Source of the DNA: an uncultured Clostridium sp.
GTDB taxonomy: Bacteria > Bacillota_I > Bacilli_A > RF39 > UBA660
Assembly (NCBI GenBank): GCA_902493795.1
Contig: CABUQZ010000001.1
Span: forward strand, 38,697 to 102,696
Direction: 5' to 3'
DNA length: 64,000 nucleotides
The translations under genes and the position numbers were made by a program. A model generated the notes under the pieces. That model did no database searches, was not told where the DNA came from, and was given only the letters and a program-made list of their open reading frames with translations. Shown piece by piece: positions 1-10,406 of the stretch. Position 1 is the first letter of the stretch. The number at the start of each line of letters is the position of its first letter.

Positions 1-253
1 TTGGAAGTAATCTATAATCTTGGAATACAATTCCTAATCTTCTTCTTAATTTGTATACTCTACTATTTCTAAGTTTAGCAACGTTAATTCCACCAACGAA
101 GATCTCTCCACGTGTTGGTTTTTCTTCACGATAAAGCATCTTAATAAGAGTTGACTTTCCGCTACCAGAACCACCAATTACAAAGACGAATTCCCCTTTT
201 TTTATCTTCAAATCCATATCATAAATAGCAGTGACGCCATTTTTATACTTCAT
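1..253 (-). CDS. ftsE: ABC transporter ATP-binding protein, FtsE-like (partial; C-terminal part lies beyond the window edge)
   Basis: Minus-strand translation reads MKYKNGVTAIYDMDLKIKKGEFVFVIGGSGSGKSTLIKMLYREEKPTRGEIFVGG...VFQDYRLL; Walker A GGSGSGKST and the FtsE-like N-terminus; ATG at 251-253 (complement). Confidence 0.7.
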   Translation of the reverse strand, partial: MKYKNGVTAIYDMDLKIKKGEFVFVIGGSGSGKSTLIKMLYREEKPTRGEIFVGGINVAKLRNSRVYKLRRRLGIVFQDYRLLP

Positions 254-363
254 ATTAACACCATTTAATGTTATTAATTCGGCCAATAAAAACACCTCTA
301 TTCTCAAGTAATTATAACATAAACAAGTGGATTTTGCTATAAAACCTCAGAAAAAATGTTTGT

Positions 364-843
364 TTACATATTATTAAACATTAATTGTCTATTAGAATTA
401 TCAAATATTATCTTATCTATCGTAATTTTATTAAAATAAAGAAAAATCAAAGTATACAAAAAATTATTAAATCCAAACATAAATAATCCAATAGAGACAA
501 TCCCTAAATTAATAATAAAATTACTCTTTGATATCGGAATAGACATTTTCTTATCTATTATTTGGGTAATTAATATTATGCCTCCAGGGCTTTTATTTAA
601 TCGGCAAATACATCCTGATACCACTCCTGATATTACTCCAGAAAAAATTGATAAAATTAACTTATCTTCATATCCATAAAAATTTATATTAGGTAAATAT
701 GAACAAATACTTATAAATAATGGATATATTAGACTTGCGTATACTGCACTTATTGTCTTTTGTTTACCAAGAAGAAAAAAAGAAAATACTAAGACCACAA
801 GATGAAATATAAGAACAAAAAAAGATGGACTAATTGGAAACAC
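364..843 (-). CDS. YitT-family (DUF161) membrane protein, truncated paralog lacking the DUF2179 C-terminal domain; the open frame continues upstream to 996 with no canonical start
   Basis: The tracked ORF starts at GTG. The in-frame upstream sequence ...GGINGLSIVVTSV matches the GGVSGLSIVFKEV motif of the neighbouring YitT; a stop occurs at 997-999. Confidence 0.5.
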   Translation of the reverse strand: MFPISPSFFVLIFHLVVLVFSFFLLGKQKTISAVYASLIYPLFISICSYLPNINFYGYEDKLILSIFSGVISGVVSGCICRLNKSPGGIILITQIIDKKMSIPISKSNFIINLGIVSIGLFMFGFNNFLYTLIFLYFNKITIDKIIFDNSNRQLMFNNM

Positions 844-977
844 ACTTGTAACTACAATTGATAAACCATTAATACCACCAGCAACTAAATCAAGAGGCTT
901 TAAAATATAATTTAAATTTAAAGCCCCTAAAAATAATAATAAATTAAATATTAAAAATTTTGTAAGTGAAGAAATAT

Positions 978-1829
978 TTATTCGCCTCCAGATACTTCAT
1001 AAGCATCACACACTACAAAGAATGAATCTTTATCTATTTCGTTAATACCTTCCTTTAAAGCATAATATTCTCTTGTAGGTACAACGCAGAAAATAATCTT
1101 TTGATTTTCTTTAGTATAACCACCTACTGCATCGATAATTGTAACACCATGTCCTAGTTTAGAAATAATATATTTTTTAACTTCTAAAGTTTTATCTGTA
1201 ACGATATAAAATGCTTTAGCTTGACCAACTCCTAGAATTACTCTATCTGTAATAGTAGTAACTAAATACAAAGCTACAATTGCATACATAAATAACCTAA
1301 ATCCAAATACAAATATACTGCTTGTAACAATTAAAAAGTCTACAATAAACATTGATTTACCAATACTTATTTTCAAGTATTTATTCATAATCTGATTAAT
1401 TATATCAGTTCCACCTGTAGTAAAGCCAGCTTTATAAACAAGACCTAAACCAATACCAGCAAGTACTCCTCCAAAGATTGCAGAAAGTAGAAGTTCTACT
1501 TCTTCAAGTACAATAAAACTACTTATAAAATCTGTAATCTCCATAAAAATAGGAAGTAGCAAAGATCCAAGAATTGACCCCATTGTCTTTTCTTTTCCTA
1601 ACACAAACCAACTTAATATTAATAATCCACAGGAAACTATAAAAACAAACAAAGATGGGTTTATTCCACATACTTCTTTAAAAACGATGGACAAACCAGA
1701 TACTCCACCAAATACTATATTATTAGGAGATAAAAAGAAAGAAAAGCCACAAGAAAAGGCAAGCAACCCAAAGAACAAACAAGTCGTTCTTTTAATGTTT
1801 TTTTTAGAAAATATTTTATTCTTGTTCAT
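978..1829 (-). CDS. yitT: YitT-family membrane protein (DUF161 plus C-terminal DUF2179)
   Basis: Multi-TM protein with a DUF2179-like tail ...CVVPTREYYALKEGINEIDKDSFFVVCDAYEVSGGE. Preferred start is MNKNK at 1829, preceded by AAGGAGG; the tracked ORF extends to 1877. Confidence 0.75.
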   Translation of the reverse strand: MNKNKIFSKKNIKRTTCLFFGLLAFSCGFSFFLSPNNIVFGGVSGLSIVFKEVCGINPSLFVFIVSCGLLILSWFVLGKEKTMGSILGSLLLPIFMEITDFISSFIVLEEVELLLSAIFGGVLAGIGLGLVYKAGFTTGGTDIINQIMNKYLKISIGKSMFIVDFLIVTSSIFVFGFRLFMYAIVALYLVTTITDRVILGVGQAKAFYIVTDKTLEVKKYIISKLGHGVTIIDAVGGYTKENQKIIFCVVPTREYYALKEGINEIDKDSFFVVCDAYEVSGGE

Positions 1830-2917
1830 TTTTATCCTCCTTAAGTTTTGCCTCAATAAAGCCATCAAGTGCTCCATCTAAAACCATATTAACATCGCTC
1901 ATCTCATACTTTGTCCTATGATCTTTAACCATTGAATAAGGATGCATAACATAACTTCTTATTTGAGAACCAAATTCAATATTTTTTTGTTCACCAATTA
2001 TGTTATTAAGTTTAGATTCTTTTTGTTCTATTTCAATTACTTTCAATTTATTTTTAAGAATCTTCATAGCTTGCTCTTTATTTTGCAACTGGCTTCTTTC
2101 ATTCTGGCAAACTACTACTATTTTTGTAGGAAGATGGGTAATCCTTACTGCAGAATCTGTTGTGTTAACTCCCTGACCACCATTTCCACTAGATCTATAA
2201 ACATCTATTTTTAAATCTTTTGGATCTATTTCAACATCATTTACGTCTTCTAACTCTGGTGTTACTAAAACAGAAGCAAAAGAAGTGTGTCTTTTATGAT
2301 TAGCATCAAATGGAGATAGTCTTACTAATCTATGAATTCCTTTTTCACATTTCAAGTAGCCATAAGCAAAAAGTCCTTTTACCAAAACAGAAACACTTTT
2401 TATTCCTACTTCGTCACCTTCTTGATAATCGATTAGTTCACACTTATACCCTTTCTTTTCACACCATCTCATATACATTCGATAAATCATATTAGCCCAG
2501 TCACAAGCTTCAGTTCCACCAGCACCAGAATGTATCTCTAATATACAATCGTTCTTATCATATTCTTTATTTAATAAAAGTAATAAATCAAGTCTTTCTA
2601 ACTCATTAGATATAGATAAAGCTTCTTCTTCAATTAATTCTTGAGTATCGCTATCCATAATAGGAGAATACATACTATCTAAATCTTTAACTCTTTCAGT
2701 AATACTAGATATATCTTTTACAACTTTTTTAAGTTCATTTAATAAAGAAACAACCTTACTACTTTCTTCTTGATCATTCCAAAAGGAAGAAGAAGACATC
2801 TGCTCCTCTAACTCACTTATTTTTTCCTTTTTACCTTCAATGTCAAAGTAACCTCCATAAGTCATCAACTTTTGCTAAAGAATTATTAATTGATTTTCTA
2901 AGTTCATATAGTTCCAT
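1816..2917 (-). CDS. prfB: Peptide chain release factor 2, requiring a programmed +1 frameshift
   Basis: SPF and GGQ motifs (RLSPFDANHKRHTSF, SGNGGQGVNTT). Frame 0 reads MELYELRKSINNSLAKVDDLWRLL then TGA; the recoding cassette GGAGG-TTA-CTT-TGA-C sits at 2842-2856 (complement); the downstream frame continues DIEGKK... Confidence 0.9.
2843..2856 (-). other. prfB +1 programmed frameshift site (internal SD-like GGAGG, CUU UGA C)
   Basis: Exact match to the canonical RF2 autoregulatory recoding motif. Confidence 0.85.
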
Positions 2918-2958
2918 AAAATCCTCCACACCCAAATTATATCATAAAAACTTTCTTA

Positions 2959-5085
2959 TTACATTTTAACACTATCTTTTAAATAATAATCTACTTTTTT
3001 AGCACCATTAGTAAGATATTCTGAGTTATATATTATTTCTTTAATTAAATTTATATTTTTCTTACTATTTTCAAGTTTCGTTTTTACTATCTGAACCATA
3101 TCTTCATAAGTTAAATCATTAAACATAATCTTTTTTAGATTAATATCTTCATCCATTTCTATTTTGTTATTATTACTTTGAAAACCAATTAATTCTTTAG
3201 ATATTTTATTGGTAATTAAAATAAAAAGTGAATTACTTAAATTATATTTAAATCCATTATAATCCTCGTAATGTCCAGTTTTCAACATTTTAAGAATAAT
3301 ATTTTTAACCTTATAATGACATTTATCAAAATTTTTAAGTATTATTAAATTAATAGGCTTATCTTTAATCATATTTAAAAATACATTATTGGTTTCGTTA
3401 ACTCCAAATTTAGCAAGATCATTAAGTTCACTTAAGTCAAGCTTGATTACATTATTATTAAATAAATATTGTCCTATTCTTTCTGCTAATAATGTTTTAC
3501 CTACCCCAGTCGAACCATAAAACATCAATGTAAGAGGTCTATCATTTTTATAATCACAATTAAAAATATTTTTACAATATGTAATAGTACTATCAATAGC
3601 TTTTGATTGAGCAATAACCTCTTTACTTAATTTCATCTTAATTCTTTTAAGATATCTATCTATATTTTTAGAATTATCAATGTAAACATTACATTTTTCA
3701 CTTATTATTTTATTTATTATATCTTTAGTAACCTTTTTAGGTTTATTATCACTTAACATTTTTATATCATTCAAATTTACTTCTGATTCAATTTCTCTTT
3801 CTTTTTTACGCAAAAGCATAGCTAACTTATAATTTTTTTTACTCAAAAACATATCTTTTTTTCTTTTTATTTCTTCAAGATTGTGTTTTAATTTACTGTT
3901 TTTAATTTGAATAAGAGAAGGCTTAACTGCCGTTTTAGAACAAGCTTCATCAAGTATATCAATTGATCTATCAGGTTCTTTTCTATTTGTTATATATCTA
4001 CGAGATAAGTCCATAATATATTTTAAAAGGTCATTAGTTATGTTAACGTTATGAAAATATTCATAACCTTTTTTTGTACTAACTAAAATGTTATAAAGCA
4101 TTTCTTCATTTGGTTCCTCAATTAATATATTTTGAAATCTTCTTGAAAGAGCTTTATCTTTTTCTATAAACTTTTTATATTCTTCATTTGTAGTAGCACC
4201 TATTATTTTAATATTTCCTCTTGCAAGAGCAGGTTTCAAAATATTACTTGCATCAATTGCACCATCAGCACCACCTGCTCCCACTAAAGTATGTATTTCG
4301 TCAATAAATAATATTATGTTGTTTTTCTCTGCATAGTTTATAACATTTAATAATTTTTCTTCAAACTCTCCCCTATATTTTGTACCAGAAACCATACCTG
4401 CCATTGAAATAGATACAATTTTTTTATTTAAAAGTTTATTAGGTACATCACCAATATTTATTTTTCTTGCTAGTTCTTCAACAATAGCAGTTTTTCCAAC
4501 ACCAGCATCTCCCAAAAGTAAAGGATTACATTTTGTTTTTCTAAGAAGAATTTCTATTATTTTCTCTATTTCCCTATCTCTTCCATATATTTTATTTTCA
4601 AAGTTATCTGAAGAAAGTATAACCCCAACATTTTTTAATATATCTTGATTAGCGTCATAAGAATATGAATCAAAACTTATCATCTCTTTAAGCATATCAA
4701 AATCAACATTGTATTCACAAAAAATTCTATAAGCTACACCCTCTCCTTCATCAAGAAGTAAAGAAAAAAACAGAGGTAAAGTAATTTTATCAAGATTATT
4801 TTTTGTCGAGTATTCAAAAGATTTATCAATTATTTTTTTTAATAATGGAGTATAAACAAATAATGAGTCTTCTTTTTCTCCGATTCCTAAATGCTCAATT
4901 ACTTTATTCTTAAATTCTGTGTATGTAATATTTTGTTGATTTAAAATACTACATATACTATTTTCAAAGCTTAGTATTGCCAGTATTATGTGTTCTGTTC
5001 CTATATAAGAATGTTTTAATGAAAACATTTCATTTTTAGAATAATTTAATACTTTTTTAAGTTCATCACTAAATTCTATAAACAT
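2959..5085 (-). CDS. clpC: Clp/Hsp100-family AAA+ ATPase, ClpC-like, with two N-terminal Clp_N repeats, an intact D1 and a degenerate D2
   Basis: D1 Walker A GDAGVGKTAIVE, Walker B ILFIDEIHTLVGAG, sensor SRRFQ. D2 P-loop GSTGVGKTLLAE but Walker B is degenerate (LIILKNFDKCH); an IGF tripeptide is present. Confidence 0.65.
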   Translation of the reverse strand: MFIEFSDELKKVLNYSKNEMFSLKHSYIGTEHIILAILSFENSICSILNQQNITYTEFKNKVIEHLGIGEKEDSLFVYTPLLKKIIDKSFEYSTKNNLDKITLPLFFSLLLDEGEGVAYRIFCEYNVDFDMLKEMISFDSYSYDANQDILKNVGVILSSDNFENKIYGRDREIEKIIEILLRKTKCNPLLLGDAGVGKTAIVEELARKINIGDVPNKLLNKKIVSISMAGMVSGTKYRGEFEEKLLNVINYAEKNNIILFIDEIHTLVGAGGADGAIDASNILKPALARGNIKIIGATTNEEYKKFIEKDKALSRRFQNILIEEPNEEMLYNILVSTKKGYEYFHNVNITNDLLKYIMDLSRRYITNRKEPDRSIDILDEACSKTAVKPSLIQIKNSKLKHNLEEIKRKKDMFLSKKNYKLAMLLRKKEREIESEVNLNDIKMLSDNKPKKVTKDIINKIISEKCNVYIDNSKNIDRYLKRIKMKLSKEVIAQSKAIDSTITYCKNIFNCDYKNDRPLTLMFYGSTGVGKTLLAERIGQYLFNNNVIKLDLSELNDLAKFGVNETNNVFLNMIKDKPINLIILKNFDKCHYKVKNIILKMLKTGHYEDYNGFKYNLSNSLFILITNKISKELIGFQSNNNKIEMDEDINLKKIMFNDLTYEDMVQIVKTKLENSKKNINLIKEIIYNSEYLTNGAKKVDYYLKDSVKM

Positions 5086-5142
5086 GTCATCACCTTTTAT
5101 TAGATTATATGTTTATAATGATTACACTTTTACTTTTTTAAA

Positions 5143-5172
5143 CAAAAAAAAGAAGCATACTACTATGCTTCA
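5143..5172 (-). terminator. Rho-independent terminator after the transporter gene
   Basis: Hairpin gaagcata/tatgcttc followed by a T-run on the minus strand. Confidence 0.6.
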
Positions 5173-5176
5173 AATT

Positions 5177-6601
5177 TTATAACCTTGCATTAAATATAAA
5201 CAAAATAACAAATATTGCCATAAATAATTCAAGTAATAGTTTCCATACAGCTTTTAGCCATTTACCATATGATACATCTGTATATGCAAGTGTAGACATC
5301 AAAATTACACTTGTTGGAGCAAACAACATAGTAAGTCCATACATTGATTGCCAAACTAATGCAGATAACCCTGCAGTCTTTGCAGTAGTTACAGCTAAAA
5401 TATAATATCCAGCAGAATTTGCTCCATAATATGATTCAACTGCAAATAAGCTAAACACTATTGCAACTATACACATAACAATTATTTGTGGAGATTCTGC
5501 TCCAAGATTAATTATATTTCTAACAATTGATAACTGAATTGGAACATTAGTTACAATAACTAATACTGTATAACACATTATAATTAATAATGCAGAGTAA
5601 ATTGCTTTTTTTGCACCTTCACCAAAATCTGTTAAGAAATCAGTAAATTTCTTTCTGTAGCAAAGGGATAATAAGTATCCAGCAAGTGCTACAACAAGAG
5701 CAGCTTCTAAAAGTGACCAAGCACCGAAAGCATTTTTTGTAGAAATTCCTAAAATTTTATTAAGATTTTCACACATAAATACTGCTTCATCACCAACTTT
5801 AGTGAAACTAGCAGTAATATCAGAAAAGAATGATATTTCAAATAAATCCCATGAAAAGAATGCCAATCCTAAAACTATTAATAAAACATCCAAAACTATA
5901 ACAATAGGATATGTTGTTTTATTTCTAGTTTCAACTTTTTCAGGTATACAATCTGAATTTACATTGCTTTCTACATTACGATGCTTTCTTGCATATAGAA
6001 TTGTGTTGATTAATACAATAGCTAATGATACTACTAGCAATATTAATTTGAAATAAAAGTTTGAACTTGCAGTTATTTTAAAAGAACTAAGAACATCAGT
6101 TATTCCAAATACATCATTAGCACTAAATACAGAACCAATTAATCCTGCTATTGTAGAACCAACAGTAAGCATTATTGCAGTAATTCTGTCATATCCCATT
6201 AATAATACTATAGATATTACAAAAGGGAATAACATCAACAATACTAAAGACATTCCTACCATTGATGATAATACTGCAAAAATTACTCCGATTATTATCA
6301 TAAATAACCATTCTAGACCATCAAATCCTTTAACAATTTTATCAAGTAGAACTCTATATTGAGGTATTTTATGTAAAACCCCATATAATCCACCTACTGC
6401 TAAAACAAATAAAGCAATATGGCCAAAATAACTAAGTGCTATTAAGAAATAATCTGCTACAGAGAACAAACCAACAACTGATGTATTATTTTGAGTTACA
6501 AATTCTCCATTTGAAACTCCAGTAATTGATAATGTCCAAGTTGCCATTACAACCAATAGAATAGTTATCAATAAAACCTTCAATAAATTATGCTTTTTCA
6601 T
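5177..6601 (-). CDS. Integral membrane transporter, IT superfamily (YfcC / C4-dicarboxylate anaerobic carrier-like)
   Basis: About 12 TM segments, roughly 475 aa; start MKKHNLLKV at 6601 preceded by AAAGGAGG (the tracked ORF begins 30 nt upstream). Confidence 0.45.
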   Translation of the reverse strand: MKKHNLLKVLLITILLVVMATWTLSITGVSNGEFVTQNNTSVVGLFSVADYFLIALSYFGHIALFVLAVGGLYGVLHKIPQYRVLLDKIVKGFDGLEWLFMIIIGVIFAVLSSMVGMSLVLLMLFPFVISIVLLMGYDRITAIMLTVGSTIAGLIGSVFSANDVFGITDVLSSFKITASSNFYFKLILLVVSLAIVLINTILYARKHRNVESNVNSDCIPEKVETRNKTTYPIVIVLDVLLIVLGLAFFSWDLFEISFFSDITASFTKVGDEAVFMCENLNKILGISTKNAFGAWSLLEAALVVALAGYLLSLCYRKKFTDFLTDFGEGAKKAIYSALLIIMCYTVLVIVTNVPIQLSIVRNIINLGAESPQIIVMCIVAIVFSLFAVESYYGANSAGYYILAVTTAKTAGLSALVWQSMYGLTMLFAPTSVILMSTLAYTDVSYGKWLKAVWKLLLELFMAIFVILFIFNARL

Positions 6602-6669
6602 TTTTCCTCCTTTAACAAAATTATACAACATTAAACCAAGGAATTACAACATTTTAAGCAAATTTATCT

Positions 6670-7257
6670 TTATTCTTCAACAACTTTAGTACCACAAATT
6701 AAATCATGAATAGATCTTTTATCTTTTCTAAATGCAATCATTAAAGTAGAAACAATTGTTATAAAGGAACTTAACATAGAAACAAGGAAAACAGTATAAA
6801 GATATTGATTTGATTTAATAAATAACAACATAATACATGAAATTAGTGAAAATAATACTCCAGACAAAATTAAAGCCCTTAATATATAGGTAGTATGTTT
6901 TAACTCTTTACCACTATTTGATGTTACTTTTATCTTTAATAATTTTTTTCCTAATGTTTGACCATTGTTGTAATATGCAAATGTACCAAAATAACCTATA
7001 GATAAAACACAAGATACTAAAGTTATTAAAATAGATTCTTTTTCTAATAAATATTGATTTTCTGTATACTTATCAAGATAAGTATCAAAATCTATTTTGT
7101 TTTCGGAATAATCATTTAACAAATTTCTTTCATCTTCTAAAGCTTTTTGATAGGAATTTGATTGAGGTACCCAAAATGTTAGTAAAGACAAAACAAGTGA
7201 TAATATTATTGAATCAATTAAAAATGAAGTAATTCTTGTAAAACTATGTGCAACCAT
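6670..7257 (-). CDS. RDD-family membrane protein
   Basis: TM helices flanking GQTLGKKLLKIKV (RDD-like motif). Confidence 0.45.
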   Translation of the reverse strand: MVAHSFTRITSFLIDSIILSLVLSLLTFWVPQSNSYQKALEDERNLLNDYSENKIDFDTYLDKYTENQYLLEKESILITLVSCVLSIGYFGTFAYYNNGQTLGKKLLKIKVTSNSGKELKHTTYILRALILSGVLFSLISCIMLLFIKSNQYLYTVFLVSMLSSFITIVSTLMIAFRKDKRSIHDLICGTKVVEE

Positions 7258-8240
7258 TATAAATCCTCCTCTATTTCACACTTATAATCATATAATATTT
7301 TTTTGATTTCTTCTATATCCTTAGTCATATATATCTTATTTTTTATTTCATTAGAGCCTTTTATTCCTTTTAAATACCATGCTACATGATTTCTTATTTC
7401 AAGAACAGCAACTTTTGATACTTTAATATCTTCTAAGTATTTAAAATGTTTAATACACATTTCTACTCTTTCAAGTGGAGTTGGGAGTTCAATTACTTTA
7501 TTATTTTCTATATACTCATTTACTTGTTTAAATATCCAAGGGTTTCCTAAAGCAGCTCTTCCTATCATAATAGCATCGCATCCTGTTTCATCTAGCATTT
7601 TCTTAGCACTAAAGATATCAACAATATCTCCATTTCCAATAACTGGAATTGAAACACTTTCTTTAACTTGTTTTATTACATTCCAATCAGCTTTTCCAGA
7701 GTATCCTTGACTTCTAGTTCTAGCATGAACACATATTGCACTAGCTCCTGCTTCTTCACATACTTTAGCAACTTCTACTGCATTAATATGTTCCATATCC
7801 CATCCGCTTCTTATCTTGACAGTCACTGGAATTGGCACAGTTTTAACAACTGTTTCTACTATCTCTCTGATTTTTTCAGGATTTTTTAATAAAGCAGACC
7901 CTGCCTGAGCTCTTAATGCAACTTTAGGCACAGGACACCCCATATTAATATCTATGATATCAGGATGCATATTTTCATAAATGTACTTTGCAGCAACAGC
8001 AAAAGACTCTTTATCACTTCCAAAAATTTGTTGAGAAATAGGTCTTTCTTCCTCTGTCATATAAAGCATATCAAGTGTCTTCTGATTATTATAAAAAATC
8101 GCTTTATCACTTACCATCTCTGCGTAAATTAGACCACAGCCCATTTCCTTCACAATCCTTCTAAAAGCAGAATTACAAACACCTGCCATAGGCGCAAGAA
8201 CCACTCTATTCTTTATTTCAACATTACCTATCTTCCACAT
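7257..8240 (-). CDS. dusB: tRNA-dihydrouridine synthase B
   Basis: VVLAPMAGVCNSAFRRI...INMGCPVPKV...KIRSGWD. Confidence 0.9.
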   Translation of the reverse strand: MWKIGNVEIKNRVVLAPMAGVCNSAFRRIVKEMGCGLIYAEMVSDKAIFYNNQKTLDMLYMTEEERPISQQIFGSDKESFAVAAKYIYENMHPDIIDINMGCPVPKVALRAQAGSALLKNPEKIREIVETVVKTVPIPVTVKIRSGWDMEHINAVEVAKVCEEAGASAICVHARTRSQGYSGKADWNVIKQVKESVSIPVIGNGDIVDIFSAKKMLDETGCDAIMIGRAALGNPWIFKQVNEYIENNKVIELPTPLERVEMCIKHFKYLEDIKVSKVAVLEIRNHVAWYLKGIKGSNEIKNKIYMTKDIEEIKKILYDYKCEIEEDL

Positions 8241-8345
8241 AAAATCACCAACAAATATTATAGAGGAAGAAAGAAATTAAAACAAGTTTTATAAAAAAAT
8301 AAAACCCCGTCTCTATATAAGAAACGAGGTAAATATTATTTTAAA

Positions 8346-10406
8346 TTAATCTTCTTTATCTTCAGTATCTTCATCCAAGTCTTCTTCTATTTCTTTATCA
8401 GAATCTTCAAGACCTTCTTCTATTTCTTTTGCTTCTTCTTGCTCTAATATATCCATTAGTTCATCTTTATTCATTTTTGCATAACCTTTTATACCTTTTT
8501 CTTTTGCTTTAGCTTTTAATTTATCTAAAGGTTCAGAAGCAAAATCTTCTTCCTCTGGCATATGACCATTTTTTACAAGATACTCAATTTGTTCATGAGT
8601 AAGAGTTTCGTACTCTAAAAGTGTTTCAGCAATTAATTTAACCAAATCTTCATTCTTTTTAAGAATATCTTTAGCATTTTTATAACATTCATCAACAATT
8701 TTTCTCATTTCAAGGTCTATTTCATGAGCAACTTCATTAGAGAAATTACGAGTTTTTCCATAATCTCTTCCAAGGAACACTCCACCTTCTTGTTGTTCTA
8801 ATTGAACAGGTCCTAAGTCACTCATTCCATATTCAGTTACCATAGCTCTTGCAATCTTTGTAGCTTTTTCAAAATCGTTATGAGCTCCAGTAGATATTTC
8901 ATTAAATGTTAGTTCTTCAGCAACACGACCACCTAATAAACCAGTAATTTCTTCAAGTAACTCAGTCTTAGTAGCTGTATATTTTTCCTCTTTAGGAACC
9001 ATTAGGTTATATCCACCTGCGTGCCCTCTAGGAATAATTGTTACTTTTTGAACATCATTAGCATTACTTAATTTAAGTCCAATAACAGCATGCCCTGCTT
9101 CATGGAAGGCAACCAATCTTCTTTCACTTTCAGTATATTTTTTACTCTTCTTAGCAGGTCCCATCATTACACGGTCAGTTGCTTCATCAATTTCCTTCAT
9201 AGTAATTTGTTCTTTATTTCCACGAACAGCTAGAAGTGCAGCTTCATTCATCAAATTTTCAAGATCTGCTCCAGAAAAACCAGGAGTTCTCTTAGCAAGA
9301 TTCTTTAATGAAACACTAGGAGCAAGTATCTTGTTTTTAGAATGAACTTCAAGTATTTCTTCTCTTCCTTTAATATCTGGTAAATTAACAATTACTTGTC
9401 TATCAAATCTTCCAGGTCTTAATAAGGCAGGATCCAAAACATCAGCTCTATTTGTAGCAGCTATAATGATTATTCCTTCATTAGCACCAAATCCATCCAT
9501 TTCAGTAAGTAATTGGTTAAGTGTTTGTTCTCTTTCATCATGTCCTCCACCTAAACCAGTTCCTCTTTGACGACCTACAGCGTCAATTTCATCGATAAAT
9601 ATTAAACATGGAGCATTATGTTTAGCTTCCTTAAACATATCTCTAACACGGCTTGCTCCAACTCCAACGAATAATTCAACAAAGTCAGATCCACTTATAT
9701 AATAAAATGGAACATTTGCTTCTCCAGCAACAGCTTTAGCAAGTAAAGTTTTACCAGTTCCTGGAGGTCCTACTAACAAAACTCCTTTAGGTATTCTTGC
9801 ACCAAGCTTTTGGAATCTTTTTGGATTCTTTAAGAAATCAATAAGTTCTTTAACTTCTTCTTTTTCTTCTTTAAGCCCAGCAACATCTTTAAATGTAGTC
9901 TTATTCTTTTCATTGTTTAATTTAGCTTTACTCTTTCCAAAATCCATACTTTTTCCAGCAGAACTCATTTGTTTAGAAATAAACCAATAACCCAATCCAA
10001 GAATAAGAATTAATGGAACTACATTAACTAATATATATAGTAATGGACTAGATCCTGGATCGCTTTCAGTATCTAGCTTATACTCTACATTTTCATCTGC
10101 TTGAACTATTTGATTAATAATTGCATCAGAATATGGAGTTGTAGTAGTAAATGATTCTTTCTCAGCATATCCTTCTAATTTACCAGTTATTATATAAGTA
10201 CCTTCATTAGAATGAGGAGTTATAACAACTTCAGTAACATTTCCATTTTTTAACTCACTTAGTAACTTATCATATGTTAGTTCATTAACCTTACTTCCAC
10301 CCATACTAAGGTAATAAGTAACACCTAATATAATAAGTAACAATATTAGATAAGGAACTAATCCCTTTTTGACATTTTTATTCTTCATCTTCTGCCTCCT
10401 AAACAT
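8346..10406 (-). CDS. ftsH: ATP-dependent zinc metalloprotease FtsH
   Basis: [24 protein letters not shown] zinc motif, N-terminal TM segments, acidic K/E-rich tail. Confidence 0.95.
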   Translation of the reverse strand: MFRRQKMKNKNVKKGLVPYLILLLIILGVTYYLSMGGSKVNELTYDKLLSELKNGNVTEVVITPHSNEGTYIITGKLEGYAEKESFTTTTPYSDAIINQIVQADENVEYKLDTESDPGSSPLLYILVNVVPLILILGLGYWFISKQMSSAGKSMDFGKSKAKLNNEKNKTTFKDVAGLKEEKEEVKELIDFLKNPKRFQKLGARIPKGVLLVGPPGTGKTLLAKAVAGEANVPFYYISGSDFVELFVGVGASRVRDMFKEAKHNAPCLIFIDEIDAVGRQRGTGLGGGHDEREQTLNQLLTEMDGFGANEGIIIIAATNRADVLDPALLRPGRFDRQVIVNLPDIKGREEILEVHSKNKILAPSVSLKNLAKRTPGFSGADLENLMNEAALLAVRGNKEQITMKEIDEATDRVMMGPAKKSKKYTESERRLVAFHEAGHAVIGLKLSNANDVQKVTIIPRGHAGGYNLMVPKEEKYTATKTELLEEITGLLGGRVAEELTFNEISTGAHNDFEKATKIARAMVTEYGMSDLGPVQLEQQEGGVFLGRDYGKTRNFSNEVAHEIDLEMRKIVDECYKNAKDILKKNEDLVKLIAETLLEYETLTHEQIEYLVKNGHMPEEEDFASEPLDKLKAKAKEKGIKGYAKMNKDELMDILEQEEAKEIEEGLEDSDKEIEEDLDEDTEDKED

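Noticed and set aside
1687-1881. Numerous short antisense or overlapping ORFs in the six-frame track (e.g. 1687-1881+, 5802-6056+, 7668-7889+, 12681-12899+, 13352-13651+, 18885-19136+, 22462-22647+, 35560-35850+, 43341-43559-, 50444-50765-, 52773-53078-, 54365-55424-, 59173-59355-, 60157-60880-)
   Set aside because: Each lies inside a well-supported gene on the opposite strand or in an alternate frame, and each has a biased composition (I/F/L/K/N-rich) typical of AT-rich non-coding frames.
8241-8345. Terminator hairpin between dusB and ftsH
   Set aside because: The candidate stem (ccccgtctc/gaaacgagg) has two mismatches in nine pairs and is too weak to call.
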